A stretch of DNA of 62,919 bases, counting the filler, from Octopus bimaculoides (lineage: Eukaryota), in assembly GCF_001194135.2 (NCBI RefSeq). It is 4 parts of 4 records of this genome, joined end to end, with 100 filler letters (N's around TTAATTAATTAA, not from the genome) between each part and the next. Parts side by side here need not be neighbours in the genome. Positions count along the whole stretch, not along the records: positions 25,988 to 43,167 come from NC_068991.1; positions 43,268 to 61,506 come from NC_068981.1; 2 more parts are not named here. The stretch is one strand, 5' to 3'. Numbering within the stretch: position 1 is the stretch's first letter; each line of letters begins with the position of its first letter. A model generated the notes under the pieces. That model was not told the DNA's origin, did no database searches, and saw only the letters and a list, made by a program, of their open reading frames with translations. This document shows positions 38,953 to 53,084 of this stretch, piece by piece. A program made the position numbers and the translations under genes.

Positions 38953-39615
38953 ATATATATATGTATGTATATATGTGTGTGTGTAAATATATATATATAT
39001 ATATATATGTATATAAATATAAACACATATATATGTATATAAATCTATATATATACTTATATATGTGTGTGTATATATAGAACGTATATATTTATGTGTG
39101 TGTTACAAACTCCATCACTCCCTTACACACACCCTCTGTGTGTGTGTATGTGTTGTTTGAGTGTGTGTGTGTGTGTGTAAGGGTGTGAGGAAGCTAAGTT
39201 ACTATATGTGTGTGTGAATGTGTGTTCAAGTGTGTGTGTGTGTGTTTGTGTTTGTGTGTATGTGTGTATGTGTGTGTGTGTGTGTTTGTGTGTGTGTTGC
39301 AGGAATACACAGAGCGTTAAATGGAATAGAAAATATTCAGACACAGATATACGCACATATATATGAGTGCTTCCGCGCATATATGGATGCGTATATGTAT
39401 TTGCATATACAAATATATGTGTGTGTGTGTGTGTGTATGTGTGTGTGTATGTGTGTGTGTGTGTTTGTATATTTGCATGTATGTATGTATATTTATATAT
39501 ATGTATATGCATGGATATGTTTGCATATAAAGATATGAATATATATGTATGCTTAGAGATTTAGACATACACAGACTGATACACAGACTGATATATATCT
39601 ATAGATATATGCCTA

Positions 39616-39647
<32 letters not shown>

Positions 39648-39819
39648 CATACACACACACACACATATATATATATATATGTATATATNNNNNNNNNNNN
39701 NNNNNNNNNNNNNNNNNNNNNNNNNNNNNNNNNNNNNNNNNNNNNNNNNNNNNNNNNNNNNNNNNNNNNNNNNNNNNNNNNNNNNNNNNNNNNNNNNNNN
39801 NNNNNNNNNNNNNNNNNNN

Positions 39820-39850
<31 letters not shown>

Positions 39851-39962
39851 TCCGTTAAACGCATAACCACACATTTACACATATACGTACATAAGCACTC
39901 TTTCACATGCGCATGCCCACACTCACAAACGTGTGTGTAGACAAATAGACAGACAGACAGAC

Positions 39963-40026
<64 letters not shown>

Positions 40027-41178
40027 TAAAATATTCCGGTCACTGCTAGTTTCATCTTCCGATTCTTCTTCCGACCGACTGAATATTTTCGGAACTACGA
40101 TCTGTATCTGTGAAATATGATAAATAGTAAAGAGTAATTAATAAAGAGCAGGTGTAAAGTTAGGTGTACGGATGTGTCCTCATTGACTAGGAATTACATG
40201 TGGTGAATCAAAATGATTGAAAGCCAAACAATGGGTGATAGATGATTGATGGATGGGGGTATGAGGAGTTGTTACGTGATCGATTTTAATCTATATAAAT
40301 GAGGGTTAGTTTCATATTTAAGTAGGCATTTGACTGAGACAGATGCTAAAAGTAAATAATATGACTGCTTGTGAATACTTTAAAATAATTGTAAATAACT
40401 GGGTATTGTATTTGTGTGATTAATTGTTTGTTAATTACGACAGCTGTGTGGGGATTGGCGATTGTTTATTAAGTAGGGAGTGTGAATCTGTAGCTGTGTA
40501 TATGATAGTTGCTTGTTCGTGAAGATGATGGAATTCTAGTCTATAATGTTGGGCGAGTGTGCAAATTCGTTTATGCATATTGAAACACATATCAGTAAAA
40601 TAAAATATGGGAAAATACGTTTGGATGATTGATTGTAGCATACAAGTACAACTCAATGTGATCAAGGGAGAAGACTTAAAACTGGTAGTGTTTGAAGATG
40701 GTTATTGGACTATGATTGGTTGAAGAGAGGTTAAGTGGTTGGCTCCATGATTTAGTACACATCTCTTGTAGATATGACAGGTACAAAGAATTATTTCACA
40801 TTCTCTCGACTGTTTATATATTCTTATGTCATCAACAATAAACACACACACACACACACACAGAGTTCAGATAAAAGTACATCTAATGACGTAATGTAAT
40901 AGGTATATGCAATTAGCCTTCATGTCGACTAACCACCGAAAACTCTGACCGAATTGCGACTAAAACAAAAAATGGCGTTGTAGCTGTCTAGCAATGAATG
41001 GCTATGAGCTGAGCATGAAATCTATATATTTAAACCTAATTTTTGTGTTGTTACAAAAGAATCTTATTATTGGAGTGTATCATCTTTTTACTGACTTATT
41101 TCTTAAGATATGCTCTGTTCTAACTTCTCTACTGTAACAATTCAACAATTCTGCAAAAACATGTTTCCTGATTTAAAC

Positions 41179-41487
41179 CAGTGGTTCTCAACCAGGGTCC
41201 ATATAGCCCCTGAGGGTCCATATCAGATTTAGAGGGGCTTTCAAACAAAAAAATAGAAAATTGGGAGTTTACAATAGTATTTTAAGGACTCTTGAAAAAA
41301 ACATTTGCAAGAAACAGCTAGGTTTCTTTCTCTTCTGTTTTGCATAGTCCAACTAACACAAACTAATGTGAAATTTTAAAAGAAATTTCAGTAAAACTAG
41401 TTTTTAAACATTGAATAGCCACAAGGGTTCATCAGAATAAAATAATAATCATACGGATCGATAGGTAGAAAATGGTTCAGAACCCTG
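41179..41487. mobile_element. hAT/Charlie-type MITE, 309 bp
   Basis: TIRs CAGTGGTTCTCAACC / GGTTCAGAACCCTG; 8-bp TSD ATTTAAAC (41171-78) / CTTTAAAC (41488-95). Confidence 0.8.
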
Positions 41488-42156
41488 CTTTAAACTGATA
41501 CAACATTTTTGCTTGTTCATTTTTCTTTCTTCAAAATTGTATATATATANNNNNNNNNNNNNNNNNNNNNNNNNNNNNNNNNNNNNNNNNNNNNNNNNNN
41601 NNNNNNNNNNNNNNNNNNNNNNNNNNNNNNNNNNNNNNNNNNNNNNNNNNNNNNNNNNNNNNNNNNNNNNNNNNNNNNNNNNNNNNNNNNNNNNNNNNNN
41701 NNNNNNNNNNNNNNNNNNNNNNNNNNNNNNNNNNNNNNNNNNNNNNNNNNNNNNNNNNNNNNNNNNNNNNNNNNNNNNNNNNNNNNNNNNNNNNNNNNNN
41801 NNNNNNNNNNNNNNNNNNNNNNNNNNNNNNNNNNNNNNNNNNNNNNNNNNNNNNNNNNNNNNNNNNNNNNNNNNNNNNNNNNNNNNNNNNNNNNNNNNNN
41901 NNNNNNNNNNNNNNNNNNNNNNNNNNNNNNNNNNNNNNNNNNNNNNNNNNNNNNNNNNNNNNNNNNNNNNNNNNNNNNNNNNNNNNNNNNNNNNNNNNNN
42001 NNNNNNNNNNNNNNNNNNNNNNNNNNNNNNNNNNNNNNNNNNNNNNNNNNNNNNNNNNNNNNNNNNNNNNNNNNNNNNNNNNNNNNNNNNNNNNNNNNNN
42101 NNNNNNNNNNNNNNNNNNNNNNNNNNNNNNNNNNNNNNNNNNNNNNNNNNNNNNNN

Positions 42157-42200
<44 letters not shown>

Positions 42201-43136
42201 TTCACACTTCTACATATAAATGTTTCTAGATTTTACCAATCCTTACAAACTATCAACAAATCTAACGCCCTCTCACATATGCATACCTTCCAGTTGATCT
42301 CGCTCAGTTCGTTACCGCAATTCTTTCTCAGCGGAAACACCTCCGTGTCTATAACACACTCCCCAACCATTCCCTAATTTCTATTGCAACGACGACATTT
42401 AATATTCGCCAGAAGAGATCGCACAAAATATTTTCTGAATCCGAGGAATTCACGTGATGTGGTCTTTCCTATTGCTGAAATACATATTACTCTAACTCAC
42501 GGTATTGAATTTTACTTTACTTAGCGACATGCGTACGGAAACTCAAATACTGCGTTCGATTTGCGTGCACGTATGTGACTCTGTGTAGGTGTGTGGATGT
42601 CGATAGCCGTGTGTGTGTGTAATATTTTGCTGTTTTAAACTAATATTAAGCTTTTGAAGTCATTTTGTTGTTTTGCTCCAACGATAAAATACGCACTCAT
42701 ATTTGTGCGTTGTGTCAGTATAACACACACTCAATGACACACACACACAGATACACACATGTATTATATATATTATATTTATATCATAATCGCGCGCGCA
42801 TTTGTGTGTGTGTGTGTGCGTGTGTGTGTGTGTGTGCTTTATTTTTTCCATATATCTATTTATCTACATGGCGAACTATTTCTACTTGGCTTTCATCTTT
42901 TAGCAACCAATTTTGAGAAAATAACTTTCTTGCCTGCTTTCTTTCTCTTTCTTTCATTCTTTCTTTGTTGCCTGTTTTCTCTCTTTCTTCCTTCCTTTCA
43001 TTCGTTCATTCACTCATTCTTTCTTTTCCTTCTCTCTTTTCTTTTTCTTTGCTCGAGCAAAGAAAGATTAAATTTTTTTGTTCACTTCCGTCCATGCATA
43101 ACTGAGTTTATGTCATTTTTTAAATACGTATGTATA

Positions 43137-43167
<31 letters not shown>

Positions 43168-43845
43168 NNNNNNNNNNNNNNNNNNNNNNNNNNNNNNNNN
43201 NNNNNNNNNNNTTAATTAATTAANNNNNNNNNNNNNNNNNNNNNNNNNNNNNNNNNNNNNNNNNNNNTATACGTATAGATGTATGTACATATACGTATGT
43301 ATATATGCATATATGTATTATTTATATCATTATATATATATATATCCATCCACCTCGCGACTTTAGAACGCCCTACCCACTTTCTCAATCAAAAAATTTC
43401 TCACCTAACCACCGCCTTTCCACACTTACACAAATTTTTAGAGTTCTTTTTCCGCTATAAATCTATTTGATTTTATTTTAGTTCCTTTATACTCTTGTAC
43501 TCTCACTTCCCTACCACCACTACCACCACCACCACCACTTGTTTCCCACACTATCGTCTCCTCGTATCGTATCGCTCTCGTTCTCTGTCTATCTCTGTCT
43601 CAAAGTGTTTTTACTCTCCCGTTTTCTCCCCCCCCTCTCTGTTGCATATACATAAACACACGCACACGCACAAACGCACACTCGCACATACACACTTCGT
43701 CCCGTTTTTTCGCTTGCTCGCTCCAGCACAATCACAAGGTTGTTTTGTTTGTTTATACTTTTTGTCAAGCCCTCCCTGTTTTTTTTCTTTTTTTCTTTGT
43801 AATGTTCGTTGTTTTCTTTTCTTTCTTTTTCTCCCTCTAATGCAG

Positions 43846-43923
43846 ACTGACATGTCTCATTCTCCTCGCACCCGCTACTCCAACTCTCCTTCAAATTTCA
43901 ATAAAGATCTTGTTTCAATCTTG
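43846..43923 (+). CDS. Candidate 78-nt exon (TDMSHSPRTRYSNSPSNFNKDLVSIL)
   Basis: Long pyrimidine tract + TGCAG acceptor, open frame, TTG|GTAAAA donor. Phase-compatible with 35816-35856. Confidence 0.3.
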
Positions 43924-44658
43924 GTAAAATTCAGTTCGGAATTGCCCTCGTTTATGTTACTGGTGTCAAACGCATTTTGTGACAAAATTTTCCTTCTTAT
44001 TTATTCATTTATTTATTTTACTATTTTATATGGGTTTTATTTATTTATTTATTTATTTATTTAGGAGGGGGCGGTGTTTCCCTTTCTTTTTCATAACCTC
44101 TAATTTCATTGTTGAATAGAAAATTGAGATGGGAAATATATAGAAAAAATAGAATGAATAGTGACCAAAAGAAGAAGAAAAAAACGAGAACTGGGAAACG
44201 AAAGAGGAAACGTTGAAAGAGATGCTGACAATATGTCACGATGAAGAAAACGAAGTGACGAAAAACAATCAAATGAAAACGGTGATAAAGATGACCACTC
44301 GCTTAAAAATATGGTATTTAGTGTCGCCTAATTCTCCAAACAAATCAAAAACGAACGAACTTGTCACACTCTAGTTTATATACTGACAATTTCTCAATTT
44401 TTCTCTCTACAGGTTTGCATGTTTGTAAATTTTGTTTTGGCTTAAGTTGTGATTTTCATTGTATTTTGTTGTGTATTGCAGTTGCGTATTGTGGTTGTTA
44501 GCGTATGGTTTGGTTATGCGTGGTATATTGTCTGCTGTGTTCATATTTTAAGTTGTGTATAATGTTGGTATTTTTTTGGTCATATGTTGTTTGTTGTAGA
44601 TTCTCTTATGTCACATGGCTAACTGTGTGTGTGTTTGTGCACGTGTGTATTTATTGGT

Positions 44659-44695
<37 letters not shown>

Positions 44696-44861
44696 TAGAT
44701 TTCGTCTACTGTAATTGAGTTGACGTAACATCAAACACAGCGCCAACTGTAACCATCCATTCTCTTTGCACATCCAGAACGGTGCTATTCACCATACAGT
44801 ATGGGGTAATTTGAGGGAAACTCAGCTGATATTTTTAGCCAGTCGGATACCACGAAGAAGC

Positions 44862-44895
<34 letters not shown>

Positions 44896-44896
44896 C

Positions 44897-44958
<62 letters not shown>

Positions 44959-44961
44959 TTT

Positions 44962-44997
<36 letters not shown>

Positions 44998-45683
44998 TCC
45001 TTCTACCTCGTCAGCTCTCTCTATCTTGCATAATCAACAGCTACAACAATACTGTGACCCGCAGTGTTTAACTATATCCGATAGTCTGCACATACAACTA
45101 GCTTACCCACACATGCGACTAGCTTACCCACAGTAATTATCGACTAAACTACATTCACCAGACCTTGGGCAACCCAATTCTATGTTAGAAAACATTTGCC
45201 CATGTTCCTACCTAGTGTAATTAAACCCAGAGCCATACCGTGAAATCCCGAAGTAAACCTCTAAATTGTACTGACATAGCCGCATTCAGGTTTACATCAC
45301 AACAAATGCTTTGACAGTATTTTACAACCGTGCACCCACGATCCTTTTCCATGTAGCATTGTGATATAGGAAAATTGCTCACAAAGCGTTTTGTAATAAA
45401 TATAAAAAACAAAAACAATAACATTTCGTACACACGTTATCCAGCTAAACATTGAGAAGAAATCAATTCGTATTCATACATTTAAAAACCAATCGTGCAT
45501 TTTAAATTAATATACTGTCAATAAAATATACTTATTTACCTGTACTCATTTGACACTCACTTGACGGAAAAGCAAGCTGTTGTATACATTTCATGTAAAC
45601 AACTTTTCACCGATTTCCTATATACATTAAAAAATATATTGCGTGTACATTTATATTAAATTGTATTATTTCATTTATGTATG

Positions 45684-45830
45684 ACTGTATGGTAAGAAGT
45701 TTGCTTCTCAACCACATGGTTTGGGTTCAGTCTTAATGCGAGGCACATTGGACAAGTGTCTTCGACCACATTTCCGGGCAGAGCCCCTGTGTGTGTGTTG
45801 TAGGCGGAAACAGAATGAAGCATACATATA
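45684..45830 (+). mobile_element. SINE family A, 5' part
   Basis: GACTGTATGGTAAGAAGTTTGCTTCTCAACCACATGGTTTGGGTTCAGTC. Confidence 0.8.
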
Positions 45831-45853
45831 TATAAATACATACATACATACAT

Positions 45854-45907
<54 letters not shown>

Positions 45908-46456
45908 NNNNNNNNNNNNNNNNNNNNNNNNNNNNNNNNNNNNNNNNNNNNNNNNNNNNNNNNNNNNNNNNNNNNNNNNNNNNNNNNNNNNNNNNNNNNN
46001 NNNNNNNNNNNNNNNNNNNNNNNNNNNNNNNNNNNNNNNNNNNNNNNNNNNNNNNNNNNNNNNNNNNNNNNNNNNNNNNNNNNNNNNNNNNNNNNNNNNN
46101 NNNNNNNNNNNNNNNNNNNNNNNNNNNNNNNNNNNNNNNNNNNNNNNNNNNNNNNNNNNNNNNNNNNNNNNNNNNNNNNNNNNNNNNNNNNNNNNNNNNN
46201 NNNNNNNNNNNNNNNNNNNNNNNNNNNNNNNNNNNNNNNNNNNNNNNNNNNNNNNNNNNNNNNNNNNNNNNNNNNNNNNNNNNNNNNNNNNNNNNNNNNN
46301 NNNNNNNNNNNNNNNNNNNNNNNNNNNNNNNNNNNNNNNNNNNNNNNNNNNNNNNNNNNNNNNNNNNNNNNNNNNNNNNNNNNNNNNNNNNNNNNNNNNN
46401 NNNNNNNNNNNNNNNNNNNNNNNNNNNNNNNNNNNNNNNNNNNNNNNNNNNNNNNN

Positions 46457-46506
<50 letters not shown>

Positions 46507-46991
46507 TGTGTGTGTGTTTGTGTATGTTTAGTGAATATGTGTGCGAGCATCTACACACATATTCAAGCTATTGCTTGAATATGGACGTAGAATGGACGTA
46601 GAAACATAACAGACAAATTGATAGAAAATCTTTTATATGAGTGTATTAGCTGCTATCAGTTACGGTATTATGTTGAAAATAATGGTCCATAAACTGTTGT
46701 CGATGAGAAATTAATTCTGTGTGTAGGTATTCAATTGCTTCACTTTATAGTGTTAAATGTACCATAGCTTGCATAGGTTTAGTGTTTATTTTTGATTTGT
46801 TTTATTTTTCCTCGGGTCTTCTTAATCCATTATTTACTATTATCCAATTTATAACTTAATACTCGTTCTTTACCCTTGGCTGATAACACAGTAAGAACAA
46901 GAGACTGCCTCGGTATAGTGCTTGTCGCATATTGACTCTGCCCATTTTTCAGTATTTCATAGATTTCAAGCGTCTATAATTACCCCCACAA

Positions 46992-47072
<81 letters not shown>

Positions 47073-47841
47073 TATATATATATATATGCACACACACATA
47101 TATACATATACAAGCACACATATATAGATATACCTATGCACTTCCTCTCTCTCCTCTTTCTCTTTCTCTTATGCACACATATACATACATACTTACATAC
47201 ATTTATACATACATATATGCACATACATATATACATACGTATATATATGTATATACACATACATACATGTGTGTGTATATGTGTGTGTTTGTGTGTGTGT
47301 GAGTGTGTGTATGTGTGTGTACGGAAGTATGTACCAGCAAAAAGTGTGTCTCAAGAAACGTACAAAAGTGAGAATCTCGAACCATCGGTGGGTTAAATCA
47401 ACACCTTCGGTCGCATAAATACATATATTAGATGTGTGTACGAGGAAACGGAACTCTTCAAAGGAGGTCGGTCCTGCCGTTATGTTTTCACTTGGCCTCT
47501 GCCTGTCTAGATAAACGATATCATCATCATCATCATCAACCCCACCACCATTCTTCTTCTTCTTCTTCTTCTTCTTCTTCTTCTTCTTCTTCTTCTTCTT
47601 CTTCTTCTTCTTCTTCTTCTTCATCATCACCATCATCATAATTATTATTGATGTTGTTGTTATCGTTATTATTCAGTCATAAGATTGCCAGTTTCTGCTG
47701 GATCAGCTCCAAATGCCTCAGGTTCATAGAGAAAATTAGACACACTTCGTTTGTCTTTTTCACTCTCTATTCTGCACTCCGTCTTTCTGTCTCTCTTTCT
47801 AATAGGCACATCCATACATACAGACACTCATACATACATAT

Positions 47842-47882
<41 letters not shown>

Positions 47883-48299
47883 TACATACATACATACATA
47901 CATACATACATACATACAGATATATCTACCTTTCTCTCTTCTTATTCTTCTCTTATATCCTTTTCTATATCAGTATATTCCGCCCTTTCTCTCTCCCATT
48001 ATTTGCTATCCCTTCTGGCAAACAAATAAAACATAATAATCATTAATATAATTATTATTATTGTCTATCAGTCGAACAGCACCCCTTATATACTGTAGAG
48101 TATTAGTGGTAAGCTAAGGCAACGACGTATAGGAGAGATTCTCGGCATCAAGGAAGTTCAACTGAATAGTCTTTTCTAGAGCATTTTCGGTCCGTGGTTA
48201 ATGGACAACTTTTAGAAATATCTCGGCTGGTTGGGCAATGGAATGGCCTTGTAGAGTTAATACCAAATTGGTCAATACTCTTGATCGGGATAAGTTCTG

Positions 48300-48920
48300 T
48301 AAGCACCATAGCACCGTCTGCGAAAGTATTGTTGACTACAGTAGGTTTGTTGAAAGGTTGTTGTTGTGAGTAGAACGGATCTGGAGATTGGCTAAATTCA
48401 TTATGAATTCAGCGCCTTCTTTTAGTAAGGAAGAATGAAGAGCTTTTCTTTGTGTAGTGGCTATAGTAAAAAAGGTTGTGAGATTTGCGTGGTTCAACGC
48501 ACCGAGTACAATCATTTTTCCATTTAACCAAAACTTCAAGATTTTCAAGTTCCATTCGGAAAGGAAGATGAGGGGGGAAATTTTAAATGTGGTGAAAGTG
48601 ATGAGCATATTTCGACTAAATAGCTTCAATCATTAGCACAACTGTAGGCCCGGAAATGGCAGTTAGGAAAGGAACTTTCGCTTATTTGTTGGTATGAACC
48701 AAGAACTGCAGCGTTTCTTGAATGGGCCCCTAGATGACACTCTGACTATAATTTTCTGTAACATGGATAATTTCGTCTTCGGTTTCTTTTTCTCATACGA
48801 TTTCAAGATGATCTCAAACAATTTTTTATTACCTGTCTATGTACATAACAATACATTTCGTGAAGTAAAAAATTAGAAGTTTCGTTCAACGTTTCGAGGT
48901 ACAAGCTCTTTTTCATGAAA
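48300..48920 (-). mobile_element. Possible Penelope-like element remnant
   Basis: Minus frames give MLITF...LKFWLN...LLKEGAEFI...NNTF...GAM, loosely matching PLE reverse transcriptase. A degenerate hammerhead-like motif lies at 48885-48919. Highly decayed. Confidence 0.35.
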
Positions 48921-48975
48921 GTAAGCATACACACACATACACACGCACGCACACACACACACACACATGCACACA

Positions 48976-49017
<42 letters not shown>

Positions 49018-49136
49018 AGCACTTCGACTCAGTTCTACATAACTTAATGCTTCGTGAGTGCGTAGGACACGTTCATCAGATGTTAACATGTTTAGAATAA
49101 GACAACAGACTGAAATCAAAGACAAAAGAATGGTAA

Positions 49137-49177
<41 letters not shown>

Positions 49178-49706
49178 CGAATGATGAAATAAAGAAAGGA
49201 GAGGAGGAAAGAATGTTATGCTTGATACGATTGTTCATCAAGTAATTGCAACTCCATTGAAAGTGCTAAAACCGATAATCCGTTCAGGGAAAATACTAAG
49301 AAAATCAGTTTAAAGATCGATACAAGAGTGAGAAAAACTTCTATGTTCTACAAAGTTGAGAACGACTGACCAAAATACATTATGTCTGAAACCCCTTTTA
49401 TTATTGGTCATCTGGATCAGAGTTCACCTGAAGACAAAATTACTACAAAAAGACTAAACGCATGACCCAGAAATACTGCATTGTGATTACTTATCTTTGC
49501 CCACTTGTTTAACCTTCCGTAATTAACATTCTGTTTCATTTTCAAGAGAACCTAAACTACATTAGCCTCTGGCAGTCAATTATTAGGGTCATTAGAACAT
49601 TGGATAGATTTCTTTCTGTTAATCGTTCTGGATTTCAAATATTGTCGAGGTCAATTATTTTGTCCATCCTTTCAGAGTTAATTAAGACCAGTTCTGTGCT
49701 AACATC

Positions 49707-49754
<48 letters not shown>

Positions 49755-50584
49755 NNNNNNNNNNNNNNNNNNNNNNNNNNNNNNNNNNNNNNNNNNNNNN
49801 NNNNNNNNNNNNNNNNNNNNNNNNNNNNNNNNNNNNNNNNNNNNNNNNNNNNNNNNNNNNNNNNNNNNNNNNNNNNNNNNNNNNNNNNNNNNNNNNNNNN
49901 NNNNNNNNNNNNNNNNNNNNNNNNNNNNNNNNNNNNNNNNNNNNNNNNNNNNNNNNNNNNNNNNNNNNNNNNNNNNNNNNNNNNNNNNNNNNNNNNNNNN
50001 NNNNNNNNNNNNNNNNNNNNNNNNNNNNNNNNNNNNNNNNNNNNNNNNNNNNNNNNNNNNNNNNNNNNNNNNNNNNNNNNNNNNNNNNNNNNNNNNNNNN
50101 NNNNNNNNNNNNNNNNNNNNNNNNNNNNNNNNNNNNNNNNNNNNNNNNNNNNNNNNNNNNNNNNNNNNNNNNNNNNNNNNNNNNNNNNNNNNNNNNNNNN
50201 NNNNNNNNNNNNNNNNNNNNNNNNNNNNNNNNNNNNNNNNNNNNNNNNNNNNNNNNNNNNNNNNNNNNNNNNNNNNNNNNNNNNNNNNNNNNNNNNNNNN
50301 NNNNNNNNNNNNNNNNNNNNNNNNNNNNNNNNNNNNNNNNNNNNNNNNNNNNNNNNNNNNNNNNNNNNNNNNNNNNNNNNNNNNNNNNNNNNNNNNNNNN
50401 NNNNNNNNNNNNNNNNNNNNNNNNNNNNNNNNNNNNNNNNNNNNNNNNNNNNNNNNNNNNNNNNNNNNNNNNNNNNNNNNNNNNNNNNNNNNNNNNNNNN
50501 NNNNNNNNNNNNNNNNNNNNNNNNNNNNNNNNNNNNNNNNNNNNNNNNNNNNNNNNNNNNNNNNNNNNNNNNNNNNNNNNNNNN

Positions 50585-50622
<38 letters not shown>

Positions 50623-51176
50623 ATATATATATATATATATATATACATACGCACATACACACACACATATATATGCACACGTACGCACAATTTTAAATAC
50701 CCGAAAGTACGTACACTATTATATATTTCTTTATAATATATGAAACCAATAAAAAAGCAATATATCAAACATAAATTAATTCCGTATCTTTGAAAGACAA
50801 AAAAAAGGACATAATATAATAAAAATCTCTAAAAAAAGAAATAAAACAAATATACAATATCATTTAATAACCAATATATGTACATGATATTCTCGTCAGA
50901 TTTAAATTAATTGCTAGCTTTAGGATATGTACTGTGTAGTTTTTTTCTTAGTATGTATTCATGAGCGAGTATTATATTCGTAAATGTACGTTTATCTATA
51001 ATTATATGTATGTATGTGTGTATGTATGTATGTGTGATTGCGTAGACCTGAGTAACAGGACAGCATAGAGAAAGAGATAGTGTGAGTATAAAGTGTAAGT
51101 ATATAAGAGTATGTGTCTGCGCGTGTGCGCGTTCCAATGAAGCTGTCTGACTATCAATGTAATATGCACGTATACG

Positions 51177-51221
<45 letters not shown>

Positions 51222-52018
51222 NNNNNNNNNNNNNNNNNNNNNNNNNNNNNNNNNNNNNNNNNNNNNNNNNNNNNNNNNNNNNNNNNNNNNNNNNNNNNNN
51301 NNNNNNNNNNNNNNNNNNNNNNNNNNNNNNNNNNNNNNNNNNNNNNNNNNNNNNNNNNNNNNNNNNNNNNNNNNNNNNNNNNNNNNNNNNNNNNNNNNNN
51401 NNNNNNNNNNNNNNNNNNNNNNNNNNNNNNNNNNNNNNNNNNNNNNNNNNNNNNNNNNNNNNNNNNNNNNNNNNNNNNNNNNNNNNNNNNNNNNNNNNNN
51501 NNNNNNNNNNNNNNNNNNNNNNNNNNNNNNNNNNNNNNNNNNNNNNNNNNNNNNNNNNNNNNNNNNNNNNNNNNNNNNNNNNNNNNNNNNNNNNNNNNNN
51601 NNNNNNNNNNNNNNNNNNNNNNNNNNNNNNNNNNNNNNNNNNNNNNNNNNNNNNNNNNNNNNNNNNNNNNNNNNNNNNNNNNNNNNNNNNNNNNNNNNNN
51701 NNNNNNNNNNNNNNNNNNNNNNNNNNNNNNNNNNNNNNNNNNNNNNNNNNNNNNNNNNNNNNNNNNNNNNNNNNNNNNNNNNNNNNNNNNNNNNNNNNNN
51801 NNNNNNNNNNNNNNNNNNNNNNNNNNNNNNNNNNNNNNNNNNNNNNNNNNNNNNNNNNNNNNNNNNNNNNNNNNNNNNNNNNNNNNNNNNNNNNNNTGAA
51901 GAAAGAAAGTCACGAATGACCCGTCCTTTTTTCTTGTCCCTCCAATTGTTTTTCCTGTCCGGCTTTGTATCGTCTATCTGTCCAAATGTTTCATTGTCCT
52001 CCATTGCGGTTTTGTTCC

Positions 52019-52059
<41 letters not shown>

Positions 52060-52467
52060 GTCCTTTCAGGACATTATTTTTCTTCATGTAATAGACAGCT
52101 GGGTAAATTCATGCACTACACAATCGAACTCTGACAAACATAGAGTCTATGTCGTACTGTTACAACTTTCAATATTTGAATTGATGCAGACACATATTAT
52201 AACCAGGAATGAAAAATGAGGGAGAACAAGAGAAAAGGGTCTCACGGAATGTAGTGATAATTTTTTTCTTAAACTAAATTCAGGGGTACAAATACAAACA
52301 AGAGATTTTTCAAATCTCTCGTTGGAAATTCGAAATTTGAGCAGAATGCCTTTATTTATACGTGCATCACTGTACATTTTTCTGCTTTTCTCCATCAATA
52401 TGTATAAATATTGCACACATATATGTAGGTGTATGCCTATAAAGAAGAGGCGCACCAATACTATTAT

Positions 52468-52504
<37 letters not shown>

Positions 52505-52531
52505 GCTACTACTACTACTACNNNNNNNNNN

Positions 52532-52582
<51 letters not shown>

Positions 52583-53084
52583 GCTGCTGCAACTACATTC
52601 TTGAGATAAGGTCAATTTTAATCCTTCTGGGTTCGAGAAATTAAGTATCAGTCAAGTAGTGGCTATAACGTATAAAACAATACTTTTATACCTCCCCAAA
52701 ATTTTGAACTTGTGTTTACAGTAGCAAGAAAGGAAAACTTCATTATTAATGAGTGGATGGCGCATGACAAAATAGCTGTGAAGTTGACTTCGCGATCACG
52801 AGGTCTCATGTTCGTGGCATCTTGGGTAAGTGTCTTTTAGAATAGCTTCCGGTCGACACAAGGCCTGCAAGTGAAGTTAGGTACACAGAAACAGTGTGGA
52901 AAATGGATTGTAGCTGCAATTAAAAGAACCAGTCTTGTCACAGTGTATAGCGTTGTTTCTGCTTGAGAATAATTACGCTAAGACAATGCATGACTGATAA
53001 GTTCAGCCATTATACAAAAATTCAATAAGTAGGTTATATAGTTGATCGAACAATTGAATACCATTGTTGAAATCGATGTAGAAC

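Noticed and set aside
47193-47520. Protein-like part of the minus ORF (YLDRQRPSENITAGPTSFEEFRF...)
   Set aside because: Embedded between microsatellites, no convincing donor, no recognisable motif; left uncalled.
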